This document shows positions 35,629 through 44,981 of a stretch of DNA of 55,092 bases, one piece after another. The notes beneath the pieces are model-generated. The model saw only the letters and a list, made by a program, of their open reading frames with translations, did not search any database and was not told the origin of the DNA. Positions within the stretch are counted from its first letter, which is position 1. Every line of letters starts with the position of its first letter. The DNA is from a virus (taxonomy: Duplodnaviria > Caudoviricetes). The stretch spans positions 1-55,092 of the IMG/VR virus record IMGVR_UViG_3300037882_003063; one strand, written 5' to 3'. The translations under genes and the position numbers were made by a program.

Positions 35629-35947
35629 TTTTTAGTAACTCCTCAGCCTTAACTACGACTTTTTGGGTTTCGCTTTGGCTCGAACCTAGCCTAGTAACGT
35701 CTGTAAGGCTCTGCAAGGTAGCAGCAAACCACTTTGCGGTGGTAGAGTCCAAACCGTTGTTCCCTGAGCGTTCAGGGTAGCCTGTAGCGATTGCTTGACC
35801 CGTGGCATCGAAAACGACCATGTAACGGCGCATTGAAAACGGCAAAGAAACATCAGCAGGGAACGGAATCACTGTGAAAGCCCCTACCCGCCAAGAGTCT
35901 TTAGTGAGTTGTTCCACGCTTACTTTTTGACCGAATAGAGTTTCCAT
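35534..35947 (-). CDS. Hypothetical protein
   Basis: AAGGAGG RBS; upstream TAGACA-17-CATAAT promoter. Confidence 0.65.
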   Translation of the reverse strand: METLFGQKVSVEQLTKDSWRVGAFTVIPFPADVSLPFSMRRYMVVFDATGQAIATGYPERSGNNGLDSTTAKWFAATLQSLTDVTRLGSSQSETQKVVVKAEELLKNAFNNKGSHKATQKGWTRQYSNHQKGQRQTA

Positions 35948-36001
35948 GATGCCCTCCTTGCTTAGTATTATGCACGGCTCGAGCCTTTTTGTCTATATAA
36001 G

Positions 36002-36030
36002 AAAAACAGCCTAGGGCTTTAGGCTGTTTT
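36002..36030 (-). terminator. Intrinsic terminator
   Basis: AAAACAGCCTA / TAGGCTGTTTT stem. Confidence 0.75.
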
Positions 36031-36049
36031 AAGACTCGAGTGAATTAGG

Positions 36050-36601
36050 TCAGGCTTCGCATTTTTTAGCGGTTTCCCGCCAAGCACTCATGGGGCTTTT
36101 GGGAGGTCTTGGCTTAAAGGCGTACCGATAAATGGCGGCAACCAAAGCACTGTTAAGCGACAACCCGTGAGCATGACCAACGCCATTTTTACCAATGCAA
36201 CTAACAACAGCCGCCTTGGGCGTGAATGAGGCTATGCACTCGACCTCTAAGGCTGTAACCCAAAACGAAGCGGCAACGGAAGCCACACCATCAGCCGTTA
36301 CGGTGTGCATAAAAACATCTTGCGCGTGTTGGGCGTAGTGCATAGGGATGATTAGGGTATCTGGTGAGATACCCATGTAATTTTTAATGTAATCGGTCAG
36401 CTTGGAAGCCATTGGTAAGATGCAGACGGGCGTGACCACTTCACACCAATGACAATCAAGGAATTCGGTCAGGTCAACTAATTCGGCTTTATCGCCACTG
36501 AAAATTGTATCAGAGATACCCGAAACGATGCTGTTAGGTTCGTAGTCGTACAAGGGCTTAATCATCTTTACGCCTTCTTCGCTAGTAAAATTAAAGCTCA
36601 T
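36050..36601 (-). CDS. Hypothetical protein
   Basis: Overlaps the upstream stop; start uncertain. Confidence 0.6.
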   Translation of the reverse strand: MSFNFTSEEGVKMIKPLYDYEPNSIVSGISDTIFSGDKAELVDLTEFLDCHWCEVVTPVCILPMASKLTDYIKNYMGISPDTLIIPMHYAQHAQDVFMHTVTADGVASVAASFWVTALEVECIASFTPKAAVVSCIGKNGVGHAHGLSLNSALVAAIYRYAFKPRPPKSPMSAWRETAKKCEA

Positions 36602-37784
36602 TGTCTTCACCAGTAGCTTCTGACTCGAAGGGCATAGGGTCAATCATTTCCCAGTCGCCTATGTCTTCCCATCCCTGCGTTATCATGTACTCCTTGACCT
36701 TAACGTATTCGGCTTTGACATAACCATGTTGCTTCGCGTCACGTTGGGGCAAGTTGTCATCAATTCGGCAAAGTAGCGCAAACAGGCGGTCATCCATGCC
36801 TGTTGGTTGAATTCTTTTTTCGTCTGCTGTGTCGGGTTCACCGATTTGTTGGGGCGCAGTCGAAGCCAACAATTCACCAAGTTCACCGTTTCGTGACGAA
36901 ACGTACATCTTGGACAGGAGGGCAATGTCAATATCGGCAAGAACGCATTGCAAGAATCCCATGCAGTCGGTATAGCTGACCTCCTCACCGATATGAGAGG
37001 CAATGTTACGCACGGCATAATCAAGGGCTTCCTCGAATTGACCCGCGTCTTTACCTGAGATTTGGATTTTCAACGGGCGCATATCCGACATTGGTTTTTC
37101 TTTGCCATGGCTCGAGCTTGACGACCCTGAAAGCGTTTTTAAGCGGTCTTTATAACTTTGCTCTGCGATTTGGTTGACGACCTCACGCACGTCAAAGGGT
37201 TGGCGCTGTTCTGCCTTCACACGGGCAAGACCAGCTAAGGCATTCAAAACTTCGCCTTGGGTGACGTTTTTTTCAATCAAGAATTCTTTTGCTTCTTCGG
37301 GGCTACCGATAGCGGCAAAAACAAACCTATATGTGTTTAGCGCCTTACTGATTTTTGACTTATGCCACGAGTCACGAGATTCGGGGCGCTTGTAGAGGAC
37401 TTCGTAAACGCCGCCTTTTTGCTGCACAGAATCATCTTCGTGCAAGCGACCAATAAAACCAGCTTGGTCAAGGAAAAGATGGTCGGTTTTTACCGTGACC
37501 TTATCCAGTGCTTTAAGAGTCTTTTTGGCTTCTGCGCTTAAACCCTTTTCAATGTCAGGGTCAACATCAGGGCGCTGCTCGTCGTCACCTTCGTCGTTAG
37601 CCTGTTCATTAGGCTGGACTTCGCTCTGACCGCCTTGAGGCGCGTACACCGCCAAAGCAAGCGGGTTATCAGTACCCAACTCGGGCATATGTTCGACCTT
37701 GGCTTTTTTGGCTTTGGTCTTCGCCACTGGGACGGCTTGAGGTTCTGGCTCGAGGGCTTCTTTCTTAGGACGTTTGGTTAGCAT
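36591..37784 (-). CDS. Hypothetical 397-aa protein, possible DNA-binding
   Basis: AAGGAG RBS; own promoter TTGACA-17-TATGGT (37853-37825); helical SKISKALNTYR segment. Confidence 0.7.
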   Translation of the reverse strand: MLTKRPKKEALEPEPQAVPVAKTKAKKAKVEHMPELGTDNPLALAVYAPQGGQSEVQPNEQANDEGDDEQRPDVDPDIEKGLSAEAKKTLKALDKVTVKTDHLFLDQAGFIGRLHEDDSVQQKGGVYEVLYKRPESRDSWHKSKISKALNTYRFVFAAIGSPEEAKEFLIEKNVTQGEVLNALAGLARVKAEQRQPFDVREVVNQIAEQSYKDRLKTLSGSSSSSHGKEKPMSDMRPLKIQISGKDAGQFEEALDYAVRNIASHIGEEVSYTDCMGFLQCVLADIDIALLSKMYVSSRNGELGELLASTAPQQIGEPDTADEKRIQPTGMDDRLFALLCRIDDNLPQRDAKQHGYVKAEYVKVKEYMITQGWEDIGDWEMIDPMPFESEATGEDNEL

Positions 37785-37871
37785 GGTTTTGCTCCTTTTG
37801 GTGCGTTTTTTGTACTACTCGTGAACCATATCATGCAAAAAGAGATTTGTCAAGCGTTTCGTGACGAAACG

Positions 37872-39185
37872 CTAAAAAACTTTTACGGCATTGTCAGCAA
37901 ACGCCGCTCTTGACGCGACCCACTTAAGCCAGTGTGAACCCACAGCGCCCTCTCGTTGCTTGGCGATAATTATTTCTGCCAAAGTTGGGTCTTTTTCTTT
38001 GTTGTATTTACCCTCCCGATAAATAAAGGAAACTAAGTCAGCATCTTGACCTATTTGGCTTGCCTCTTTCAAATCCGACAGCATAGGGCGCGGGTCGGGT
38101 CGGCGTGATATTTCACGATTCAACTGACTCATGCAAATCATGACTATATTAAGCCGCATTGCGTATTCTTTGAGTTTCCTCGAGATATGAGAAACTTGCT
38201 GTGTCCGATTTTGCCCGAAGTCTTTTTGTGTCTCGAGCAGTTGTAAGTAATCCACTACACAAAACTGAATGTTGTTTCGTCGCTTAAGGGCTGATAGGCG
38301 CGGGTAAAGTGATTCGACAGTCAAGCCAACACCACCAATAATCTCGAGGGGCAACTGTGGAATTCTTGCATTCCACTCTCTTATTCTGGCTATATCTGCC
38401 TTCTCGTAACGCTGTTTCTTTATGTTCTCACTGTCAACTTTAGCCAGAATCGCCAACGAACGGGCATCAATCGCAGTACCACCCATCTCAAGGGTCACAA
38501 AAGCACCCGCATTGCCAAGCAGGGCATTGTTAAGAGCAATCTGCAAACCAAAAGAGGTCTTTCCCATAGAGGTATCACCAGCAATCACAGTGACGCTTTG
38601 GGGCATCATCGGCTCAAGAATGCCGCCGTCTAAGTCCCTGAACCCAGTTGTAATGCTACCAATTGGAAATTCATCTTTTGAGCGCAGGGCTGCATTTTCG
38701 TGGACTTTGCCTAAGAATGCGCCTAGCCTCCATTGGTCAGCTTTTTTGAGTTCAACTGTTTCCACTGCGTTTTGTAGAATCTGACCCCATACCTCATCAC
38801 CTGTTTTGTTGTCCTCTTGTGAGAGGTTCAACACGGTAGCAGCGAAACGCATAGCTTCACGTTTTTTGTGTGCATCCAAAACGATTTGGGCATAAAAATC
38901 AATGTAAACACTTATCGGGACTGATAAACCAACAAGCCAAGCCATACCGCCAACTTCCTCGAGATGGTGAGTCTTGTTCAACTCAAAGGGCAGTGTCACC
39001 ATGTCAATCGGCTCGTTACGCTCGAAAAGTCTAAGCATGGCGGCGTATGTTTTTCTGTGCCTATCAATGTAAAAACATTCTGCTTTTAATGTGGTTACAA
39101 CAAGCAGGAGGCTGTCATTATCAATCAGGATAGAAGCAATAACGCTTTCCTCAGCGTTTATGTTGTGAGGGGACGTGTATTCCAT
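37872..39185 (-). CDS. dnaB: Replicative DNA helicase
   Basis: AEESVIASIL, Walker A AGDTSMGKT, VVDYLQL, SQLNRE, RPMLSDLKE, IIAKQREG; TAATG-coupled to the initiator. Confidence 0.95.
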   Translation of the reverse strand: MEYTSPHNINAEESVIASILIDNDSLLLVVTTLKAECFYIDRHRKTYAAMLRLFERNEPIDMVTLPFELNKTHHLEEVGGMAWLVGLSVPISVYIDFYAQIVLDAHKKREAMRFAATVLNLSQEDNKTGDEVWGQILQNAVETVELKKADQWRLGAFLGKVHENAALRSKDEFPIGSITTGFRDLDGGILEPMMPQSVTVIAGDTSMGKTSFGLQIALNNALLGNAGAFVTLEMGGTAIDARSLAILAKVDSENIKKQRYEKADIARIREWNARIPQLPLEIIGGVGLTVESLYPRLSALKRRNNIQFCVVDYLQLLETQKDFGQNRTQQVSHISRKLKEYAMRLNIVMICMSQLNREISRRPDPRPMLSDLKEASQIGQDADLVSFIYREGKYNKEKDPTLAEIIIAKQREGAVGSHWLKWVASRAAFADNAVKVF

Positions 39186-40105
39186 TACGATAACCTCTGC
39201 CATTCACTGGCTTCTTGAAGGGTAAAAATTGCCTTGGGCGGGTCTTGTTTGTATGCCGACTTAAACGCCTCAACATCAATATGTATCTCGTTGCCAACGC
39301 TATCCACTTTTATAATCTCGACCCGCCTACCCCCTCGAGTTAAATAAACACCACACAAAAGCAATGAATCGTTTCGTTTCGTGACGAAACTACTTTTCCA
39401 AGACGGGAAGCGGTCAATAATTAGGGCGGGAGTTACAAAGCCAAGTTTGATACCTTGCTCCTCAAGAATCCATTTGAAGTAGGGCTTTATATCCTCCTCC
39501 TTGCAACCTATTTCAATGAGGGTTTTAACGGTCTTGCCGATACGGGCTTTCATGTTAGGCGGGACTTGTGCATCAGGTGTTTTATAAAGCTCGAGCCAAA
39601 TTGCATCGTAAATTCTTTGGTGAAGACTTACGGGCTTCGTTTCGTCCTCGACGAAAGAATTTTCTAAATCAGTATTTTCTAAATCAGTATTTACTAGCGT
39701 CTCGTTTACCGAAGTCGGTTTACCCGAAGTCGGTTTACCCGAAGTCGGTTTACCCGAAGTCGGTTTAACGCTACTTTTAGGGGGTAATATGCTCACTTCT
39801 CTGACTATGGTTTCATAGCCAAGCATCTTGCCATTACTCGAGCGCCGCTCACCCCTTGAGGCATAGCCAAACTCGATTAACTCATTCATGGCGTTACTCA
39901 CACCCGTATAACCATCACCGCGAGCCTTAGAATCGGTTTTTCTATCACGGGCTATCGCTCTAAGGTTTACCTCCCAGTGGTCAGGTTTGGATAGCAACCA
40001 AAGCAGCAACCCAAGGGCAGAAAAGCTAAGTCTGCTATCCGTGATTGCGCTATTGCTCATGACTGTGTAAGTGTCTTTGCCGCGCTCTTTCCTTAAAATA
40101 CCCAT
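39185..40105 (-). CDS. Replication initiator (HTH, lambda O-like arrangement)
   Basis: YTVMSN..ITDSRLSFSALGLLLWLLSKPDHW; internal iterons; upstream of dnaB. Confidence 0.85.
   Translation of the reverse strand: MGILRKERGKDTYTVMSNSAITDSRLSFSALGLLLWLLSKPDHWEVNLRAIARDRKTDSKARGDGYTGVSNAMNELIEFGYASRGERRSSNGKMLGYETIVREVSILPPKSSVKPTSGKPTSGKPTSGKPTSVNETLVNTDLENTDLENSFVEDETKPVSLHQRIYDAIWLELYKTPDAQVPPNMKARIGKTVKTLIEIGCKEEDIKPYFKWILEEQGIKLGFVTPALIIDRFPSWKSSFVTKRNDSLLLCGVYLTRGGRRVEIIKVDSVGNEIHIDVEAFKSAYKQDPPKAIFTLQEASEWQRLS
39660..39767. repeat. Putative replication origin: four 15-bp iterons plus two AT-rich 15-mers
   Basis: CCGAAGTCGGTTTA(C) x4 (39709-39767) and TTTTCTAAATCAGTA x2 (39660-39689) inside the initiator gene. 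Confidence 0.75.
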
Positions 40106-40143
40106 ATTGTTTCCTTTTGGCGGGGCTTGTGGTACAATGCGTT

Positions 40144-40197
40144 ATCCCTGCGAAGGATATTGCTCTTTAACCCGCGCCGCCAACGCGGGTTTTTTTC
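40144..40197 (+). ncRNA. Candidate antisense sRNA upstream of the initiator (OOP-like)
   Basis: Extended -10 TGgTACAAT (40130-40138); TATCC/GGATA hairpin; terminator AACCCGCG/CGCGGGTT plus T run on the plus strand. Confidence 0.5.
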
Positions 40198-40874
40198 TTT
40201 GGTTTCGGGTGAGGGGCTTTTTCTAGTCTTGAATACCCAAGACTCTCGAGCAAATGTTTTTGTTTGTCAAGAGACTCTAAACGTACCTGATATGAGGCTT
40301 GTAGGTAGCCTACAAGCTCCTTGGCGCGTCTTAGTGGTGTATTGACCCTCTCGAGTATGCTAGAAGCGGTTTTAGAGTCAACAAAAGACCCTTCAAGTGA
40401 CCAGAATTCACGGCTCATAGACTTCCCTTTGGTCAGCCACATTATAAAATCATGGCTCGAGACAAACCACCACGGGCTATCAGAACCCTTTGAATACTTC
40501 CAACGGGTCAGAACGCCGTCACTCCAATCACGAAGGGCGGCTAGTGCTTGAACCTGTTCGCCACTTGCAAAATCACCCTTCGGGTACTCAGGCTTTTTGG
40601 GAACAAAGGGCGGGTGCAACTCAGTAACCTCAAAAAGAGGGATGTACTTCCGAGTCATGAAAGCCAGAGAAAACGGGTCTTCACCAAAAGCCAACTTGCC
40701 GACTTGAAGGGCAATGTCACGCTCGACCATCTTGCCTCTGCCACACCAAACCGTAAACTTTCGACGACCATCAGGCAATAGCACAACGCGGTAAAAATAA
40801 CGACTGTTTAACCTCGAGTCAAACATGCTCGAGGTCTTAGAGGCTTGAAGACCACGCTGTATTTCAAGCTCCAT
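40167..40874 (-). CDS. Hypothetical protein
   Basis: Long ORF between erf and the initiator. Confidence 0.7.
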   Translation of the reverse strand: MELEIQRGLQASKTSSMFDSRLNSRYFYRVVLLPDGRRKFTVWCGRGKMVERDIALQVGKLAFGEDPFSLAFMTRKYIPLFEVTELHPPFVPKKPEYPKGDFASGEQVQALAALRDWSDGVLTRWKYSKGSDSPWWFVSSHDFIMWLTKGKSMSREFWSLEGSFVDSKTASSILERVNTPLRRAKELVGYLQASYQVRLESLDKQKHLLESLGYSRLEKAPHPKPKKKTRVGGAG

Positions 40875-41825
40875 TTAATCTCGCTTCCCTGCAAACGGGG
40901 CATCATCGTCATTAGGGTTATTGTGTTGCTCGAGAAGAGCCTCAAACCCGCTTTTGGTAGGTGTGAAAGCAACGTTATTGCTTTCCATCCAATCAGTAAA
41001 ATCCTCGAATTCTTCGGTGCTTAAGTTGCTGTGATTGTTCCAACTCCTAAACGAATCAAGGGCGGCAACGACCTTCAAAAAGTCTTCATCCAAGAACTTG
41101 CCTTCTTTACCAGTCACAACACTGGCAAAGTACCGCCTGAATGTTTTCCAGTCGTCCGAATCCATGCCAAGGGCTGACCACCTATCCCTAATGTTTTTAT
41201 ACATTGCTTCTTTAGCGGGATTCGTAGGCTCTGGTTGTGCTGCTTGGGTCTTGGGCTGCTGCACTGGTTGTGTCGGCGCTTCTGTTGGCTTTGGCGGCTT
41301 TGGTGCTTGCTGTTTGGGTTGTGGCTTAGGTGTTGACTTGGGCGCGTCATTAGGTGCATTGTGACTGAGCGCGTCATCATCTTCTGTGGCAACACCAAAA
41401 AATGCGGCTAACTGGTATCGTTTAGCGTAAGTTATGGCAGTCCCTACAGCTTGGGGCGTTGTTTCAGTAGGCTTCATTTCAAACCACGGCGTTATAAGGC
41501 TTTCGCCGCTCGAGTGGTACATGATTATTCTGACACGAATTAAACGAACAACGGTCACAATTTTCTTTATGGTCGTTATTTCGCCGTCTACCTCCATTTG
41601 TTGGGGCATTTCGTCGTTGGTAGTGACCGATTCGACTTCTTGGCTAAAAAAGAGACCTTGCTCATTACAGGCGGGGCGTACCACCTCGAGAATACTGGCA
41701 AGGTCAGCATAACTATAGCTGTACTTACCAATATCCGCCTTTGCGTTCTTTTTAATGTCTGCCGTTGCTCTTTGCGCTAAGGCAAGGGCGGCATACAAAT
41801 TAGGTTTACCCTGCGATGATTCCAT
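40875..41825 (-). CDS. erf: ERF-family single-strand annealing protein
   Basis: YSYADLASIL, QAVGTAITYAKRYQLAAFFGVATEDDD; acidic tail DDDAPF. Confidence 0.9.
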   Translation of the reverse strand: MESSQGKPNLYAALALAQRATADIKKNAKADIGKYSYSYADLASILEVVRPACNEQGLFFSQEVESVTTNDEMPQQMEVDGEITTIKKIVTVVRLIRVRIIMYHSSGESLITPWFEMKPTETTPQAVGTAITYAKRYQLAAFFGVATEDDDALSHNAPNDAPKSTPKPQPKQQAPKPPKPTEAPTQPVQQPKTQAAQPEPTNPAKEAMYKNIRDRWSALGMDSDDWKTFRRYFASVVTGKEGKFLDEDFLKVVAALDSFRSWNNHSNLSTEEFEDFTDWMESNNVAFTPTKSGFEALLEQHNNPNDDDAPFAGKRD

Positions 41826-42081
41826 ATTTTGCTCCTTTTTCCACTGGTACAACAAAATGAACAGTGTAGTCTGCGGGGTATGCTGCCACGGCATACCCTG
41901 TTTTAGAAAGAATTAGTCCTAGTTGGTTGAATCCTATATCACCTCCCTTTAATGCCTTTGAGATAGTCCTAGGGTCAACTCCCGCTAATTTGGCTAGGGC
42001 GGCTTGGGTAAGACCCTTAGTTTCGAGCAGGGTCTTGACGATTTGTTGGGCGGTGCAGTAATTACCTAAGAATTCAGACAT
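41806..42081 (-). CDS. XRE-family HTH regulator (leaderless)
   Basis: KGLTQAALAKLAGVDPRTISKALKG; TTGACT-17-TATGAT then ATG 7 nt later, no SD. Confidence 0.85.
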   Translation of the reverse strand: MSEFLGNYCTAQQIVKTLLETKGLTQAALAKLAGVDPRTISKALKGGDIGFNQLGLILSKTGYAVAAYPADYTVHFVVPVEKGAKYGIIAG

Positions 42082-42124
42082 GTTCTGCATCATATCATGC
42101 TTTTTTGATGCAGTCAAGTGCATT

Positions 42125-42154
42125 AAAAAAGACCCGCTTCTAAACGGGTCTTTT
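42125..42154 (-). terminator. Terminator ending the late/lysis operon
   Basis: AAAAGACCCG / CGGGTCTTTT stem; abuts a palindrome copy. Confidence 0.8.
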
Positions 42155-42170
42155 ATTTCGTGACGAAACT

Positions 42171-42479
42171 CTAATGGACTGCTGCTGTGCGTTCGTCGCT
42201 AACGTATAGCGATAAATACAAAGAACCAATACAACCAATGGCATCAAGCAGCTTCACGCCGCCCTGTGTGCCATTAACAACCCATACGCTCGAGTCTATA
42301 GACTGTAAAAGAAAATAGAGCGCTAGGCAAATCATTGCCACAGCCGCCCTTTTTCGACCCATCCGCCAACACCTTAGCATTGAACCCGCCGCGCTAAAAA
42401 ACGTCAAAAGTTCTAATGCTATCAAAAGAGGAAAACCGCCAAAGCCCAATAGAAAAACATAGCGAAATGTATCAATCAT
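42171..42479 (-). CDS. Membrane protein (lysis region)
   Basis: About three hydrophobic segments. Confidence 0.65.
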   Translation of the reverse strand: MIDTFRYVFLLGFGGFPLLIALELLTFFSAAGSMLRCWRMGRKRAAVAMICLALYFLLQSIDSSVWVVNGTQGGVKLLDAIGCIGSLYLSLYVSDERTAAVH

Positions 42480-42933
42480 CTTTACCGCCCTCCTTTTGCG
42501 CCTTTTCGTCGAGGTTAAAGGCAGCCTTTATTAAAGAGCGTACACCCAAACTAATACCCGCTTTTAGGGCTGTTGCTATATTTCCTGCACTAATGCCAAG
42601 ACCAGCAGCAATAATCAACTCGAGCCAAACGCCAAAGCCCCCAAGACTCCAAGACATATTGCTTATCAGGAGTGGCGCTAAGCCGCCCGACATTCCACCA
42701 ACAAGACCCGACCAAAACAACCCGTTAAGTAAAACACCTTTGTCGGCGCGTTTCCTTTTGGGTTTCTTTTGCCAATCCAAGAAGTGGGCGGCAAGAGCAA
42801 TCAAGCCCGTCACCATCCCTCGAGAAAAGGCGTACCACTCGTCACAGGTGTAAAAAAAACACTGTGTTGCTACAGACCCTTGGGCAGCAGCAACACAGGC
42901 GCTAAAAAAAATGAGGTAAACCCATCGAGTCAT
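42472..42933 (-). CDS. Holin-like membrane protein
   Basis: Several TM segments and a charged C-terminus. Confidence 0.55.
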   Translation of the reverse strand: MTRWVYLIFFSACVAAAQGSVATQCFFYTCDEWYAFSRGMVTGLIALAAHFLDWQKKPKRKRADKGVLLNGLFWSGLVGGMSGGLAPLLISNMSWSLGGFGVWLELIIAAGLGISAGNIATALKAGISLGVRSLIKAAFNLDEKAQKEGGKDD

Positions 42934-42938
42934 GAGTG

Positions 42939-43253
42939 CTAGTTTAACACTCTTGCTAGTACCTCACCATCGCTTTTTACATCTAATTCAAAGGGCAATA
43001 CTGCGACCTTGCATGATAATGCTTCTGCCCCGTCACCGATAACGCTTTGCCTTTTTGTGCAAAGAGCGTTAGGGATTAGCGGGTCAAGAGGCTTGCCAGA
43101 TGTGACTGATAAGCGACCAGTTTTAAGGGCGGTCACGCGGTAAATTGTTTTCTCGAGCTTCACGACCTTCGCGCCGCTCCAATCAAAAACATCAGCACAG
43201 CCATTAAGGGCGAACAAAACACAAAAGCCGATTATGCACCAAACCCTAAACAT
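42939..43253 (-). CDS. Lipoprotein (possible spanin component)
   Basis: Lipobox ALNG-C after a hydrophobic stretch; AAGGAGG RBS. Confidence 0.6.
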   Translation of the reverse strand: MFRVWCIIGFCVLFALNGCADVFDWSGAKVVKLEKTIYRVTALKTGRLSVTSGKPLDPLIPNALCTKRQSVIGDGAEALSCKVAVLPFELDVKSDGEVLARVLN

Positions 43254-43428
43254 CTGCGCCCTCCTTGATTCTCGAGGCAATCATGCCTATCTCGTCTTGC
43301 CGCGCTTCTTCGTCTAAGACGACTGTGAAAATTTGTGCGAGTCGAGCAATCTCCACAAGCGCTTTTTCTCGACTTGCGCCCATGTTCATAAAAAGAGCAA
43401 TCAGAATTTGGTCAGCCATTTTTGCCAC
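43246..43428 (-). CDS. Hypothetical protein
   Basis: Overlap-coupled on both sides. Confidence 0.5.
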   Translation of the reverse strand: MAKMADQILIALFMNMGASREKALVEIARLAQIFTVVLDEEARQDEIGMIASRIKEGADV

Positions 43429-43780
43429 TGTCCTTGTCAGTTGTTCGTTTGTACCCGCTAACCATTCCTTGGTCAGCCCCGAAACCTAGGATGGTAACGC
43501 CTAGGGCGGTCAGTAATGCCTCTTGAGAGCCGACCCTGCCATATGCACCCATAAAGTACATTGCAAAGCCCTTGGCGATTACATTAAGAAACAGGTTGAC
43601 CTTGTAAACATCTAAGCCGTCAAGCCCCAAGCGGGTACGAACAACCCATGTCACGGGTGAGGTAAGCCATGACGCAAAAACGGCGGCTACCATCACCCAG
43701 TCAACAGGCGTGGCAACTTCGCCCTGTGCATAGGCTACGGTGAAGGCTAACATCAAAAGTAAGGGAATAATTTTTTTCAT
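43412..43780 (-). CDS. Holin-like membrane protein
   Basis: Signal-like N-terminus plus TM segments; AAGGAG RBS. Confidence 0.55.
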   Translation of the reverse strand: MKKIIPLLLMLAFTVAYAQGEVATPVDWVMVAAVFASWLTSPVTWVVRTRLGLDGLDVYKVNLFLNVIAKGFAMYFMGAYGRVGSQEALLTALGVTILGFGADQGMVSGYKRTTDKDSGKNG

Positions 43781-43811
43781 AAACTCCTTTTTGTTTCGTG
43801 ACGAAACGTGA

Positions 43812-44981
43812 TTACTTATTAACCAACTCGAGTGACCCCGTAAGGGTGGTTGCTGTTGTGCCGTTTGACAATATGACAGCATGTATGCAACTGCCGTTGT
43901 AAATCTTTATATCCGATTTGTTGTTTAACGTCCCGCCGACATTCGCGTTTAACAACGGACGTGACAGCAGCGCCCTGTAAAGCATAAGCGACACCGCGCC
44001 CGTCAAAAGCGAAGTACCCAAGGTGATACTTTGGATGCTCCTGATACCCTTGTCACCAGCCGCCAAGCGGAATTGCGCTATGTACCCCGCAACGGCTGTT
44101 GCAGCAAATGAGGCAACTGTGGCAGTACGCCCCGCCACACCATCACTGTTTGTATAGCTTAGAGTCATATTTGTAATTGCGCTTGCGTTTGTAGTCGCTG
44201 TTGTAACGAGTATTGCAGCGTTAATGCCCTCCCCGTTCGTCGTCCCGTTTACGTCTCGAGCGGGTAAAGTGGGTTGTGTAATCGTTTGGGCTGTTGTTGT
44301 TGTGACAACAAGACCGTTGTTCACCCAGAGGACATCCCAAAGCTGCAAAAGAGCCGCCACAGAAGAAGCTACGTTTGCATCACGCAAATACATTGCCCCC
44401 GTGGGCGGAGGAGCAAAACCAAAGCATCCGTTATCAGCAGCAGCATTGCCGTCAGTCACTCGACCATTGATGCCGCTTGTGCCTACCGCCCAAGCGCTAG
44501 GTACACCCGCATCCTTCGAGAACCAATACAATGTTCCAGCCGCTTCGGGTGCTGTGCCAACTTTATACAGTCCTCGAGACGAACCCTCTTCAACTACTGC
44601 AGAGGAATCAACAGTCTTTTGAAGCCCTGTAGCAGTAAGAACTTTCAAGCCATTTTCATCATAAAGTAAAGTTTCATTTGGGGCTAAGTTTACCGTAATT
44701 GCTTCAAAAAACCAAGCAGGGTCAAGAACGCCAAATTCGACTTTTGAAGTTACTGATGTGCTTGAATTATGCACAATGAGATTTTTGAGGATTCTAACCG
44801 TACTGGCGGCAGGGGCTAATCCAGCCGTGTGTGTTCCCGCTATCAGGTTCTCGTTGACCAGAGGGGCAACTAAACCGTAGCCTGCGGCTGTAACATCGGT
44901 AAAGTTCGCTAAAAGATTTATTATCGAACCCGCGCCCGTTACAACTAATCTAAGTGTCTGAGTGCTGTCGTATTGAATCAT
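43812..44981 (-). CDS. Virion structural / fibre-associated beta-rich protein
   Basis: Thr/Ala/Gly-rich; in the fibre cluster. Confidence 0.55.
   Translation of the reverse strand: MIQYDSTQTLRLVVTGAGSIINLLANFTDVTAAGYGLVAPLVNENLIAGTHTAGLAPAASTVRILKNLIVHNSSTSVTSKVEFGVLDPAWFFEAITVNLAPNETLLYDENGLKVLTATGLQKTVDSSAVVEEGSSRGLYKVGTAPEAAGTLYWFSKDAGVPSAWAVGTSGINGRVTDGNAAADNGCFGFAPPPTGAMYLRDANVASSVAALLQLWDVLWVNNGLVVTTTTAQTITQPTLPARDVNGTTNGEGINAAILVTTATTNASAITNMTLSYTNSDGVAGRTATVASFAATAVAGYIAQFRLAAGDKGIRSIQSITLGTSLLTGAVSLMLYRALLSRPLLNANVGGTLNNKSDIKIYNGSCIHAVILSNGTTATTLTGSLELVNK

Noticed and set aside
21122-39185. Inteins or introns in terL or dnaB; stop-codon reassignment
   Set aside because: Both proteins are normal length with contiguous motifs, and genes tile densely under the standard code.
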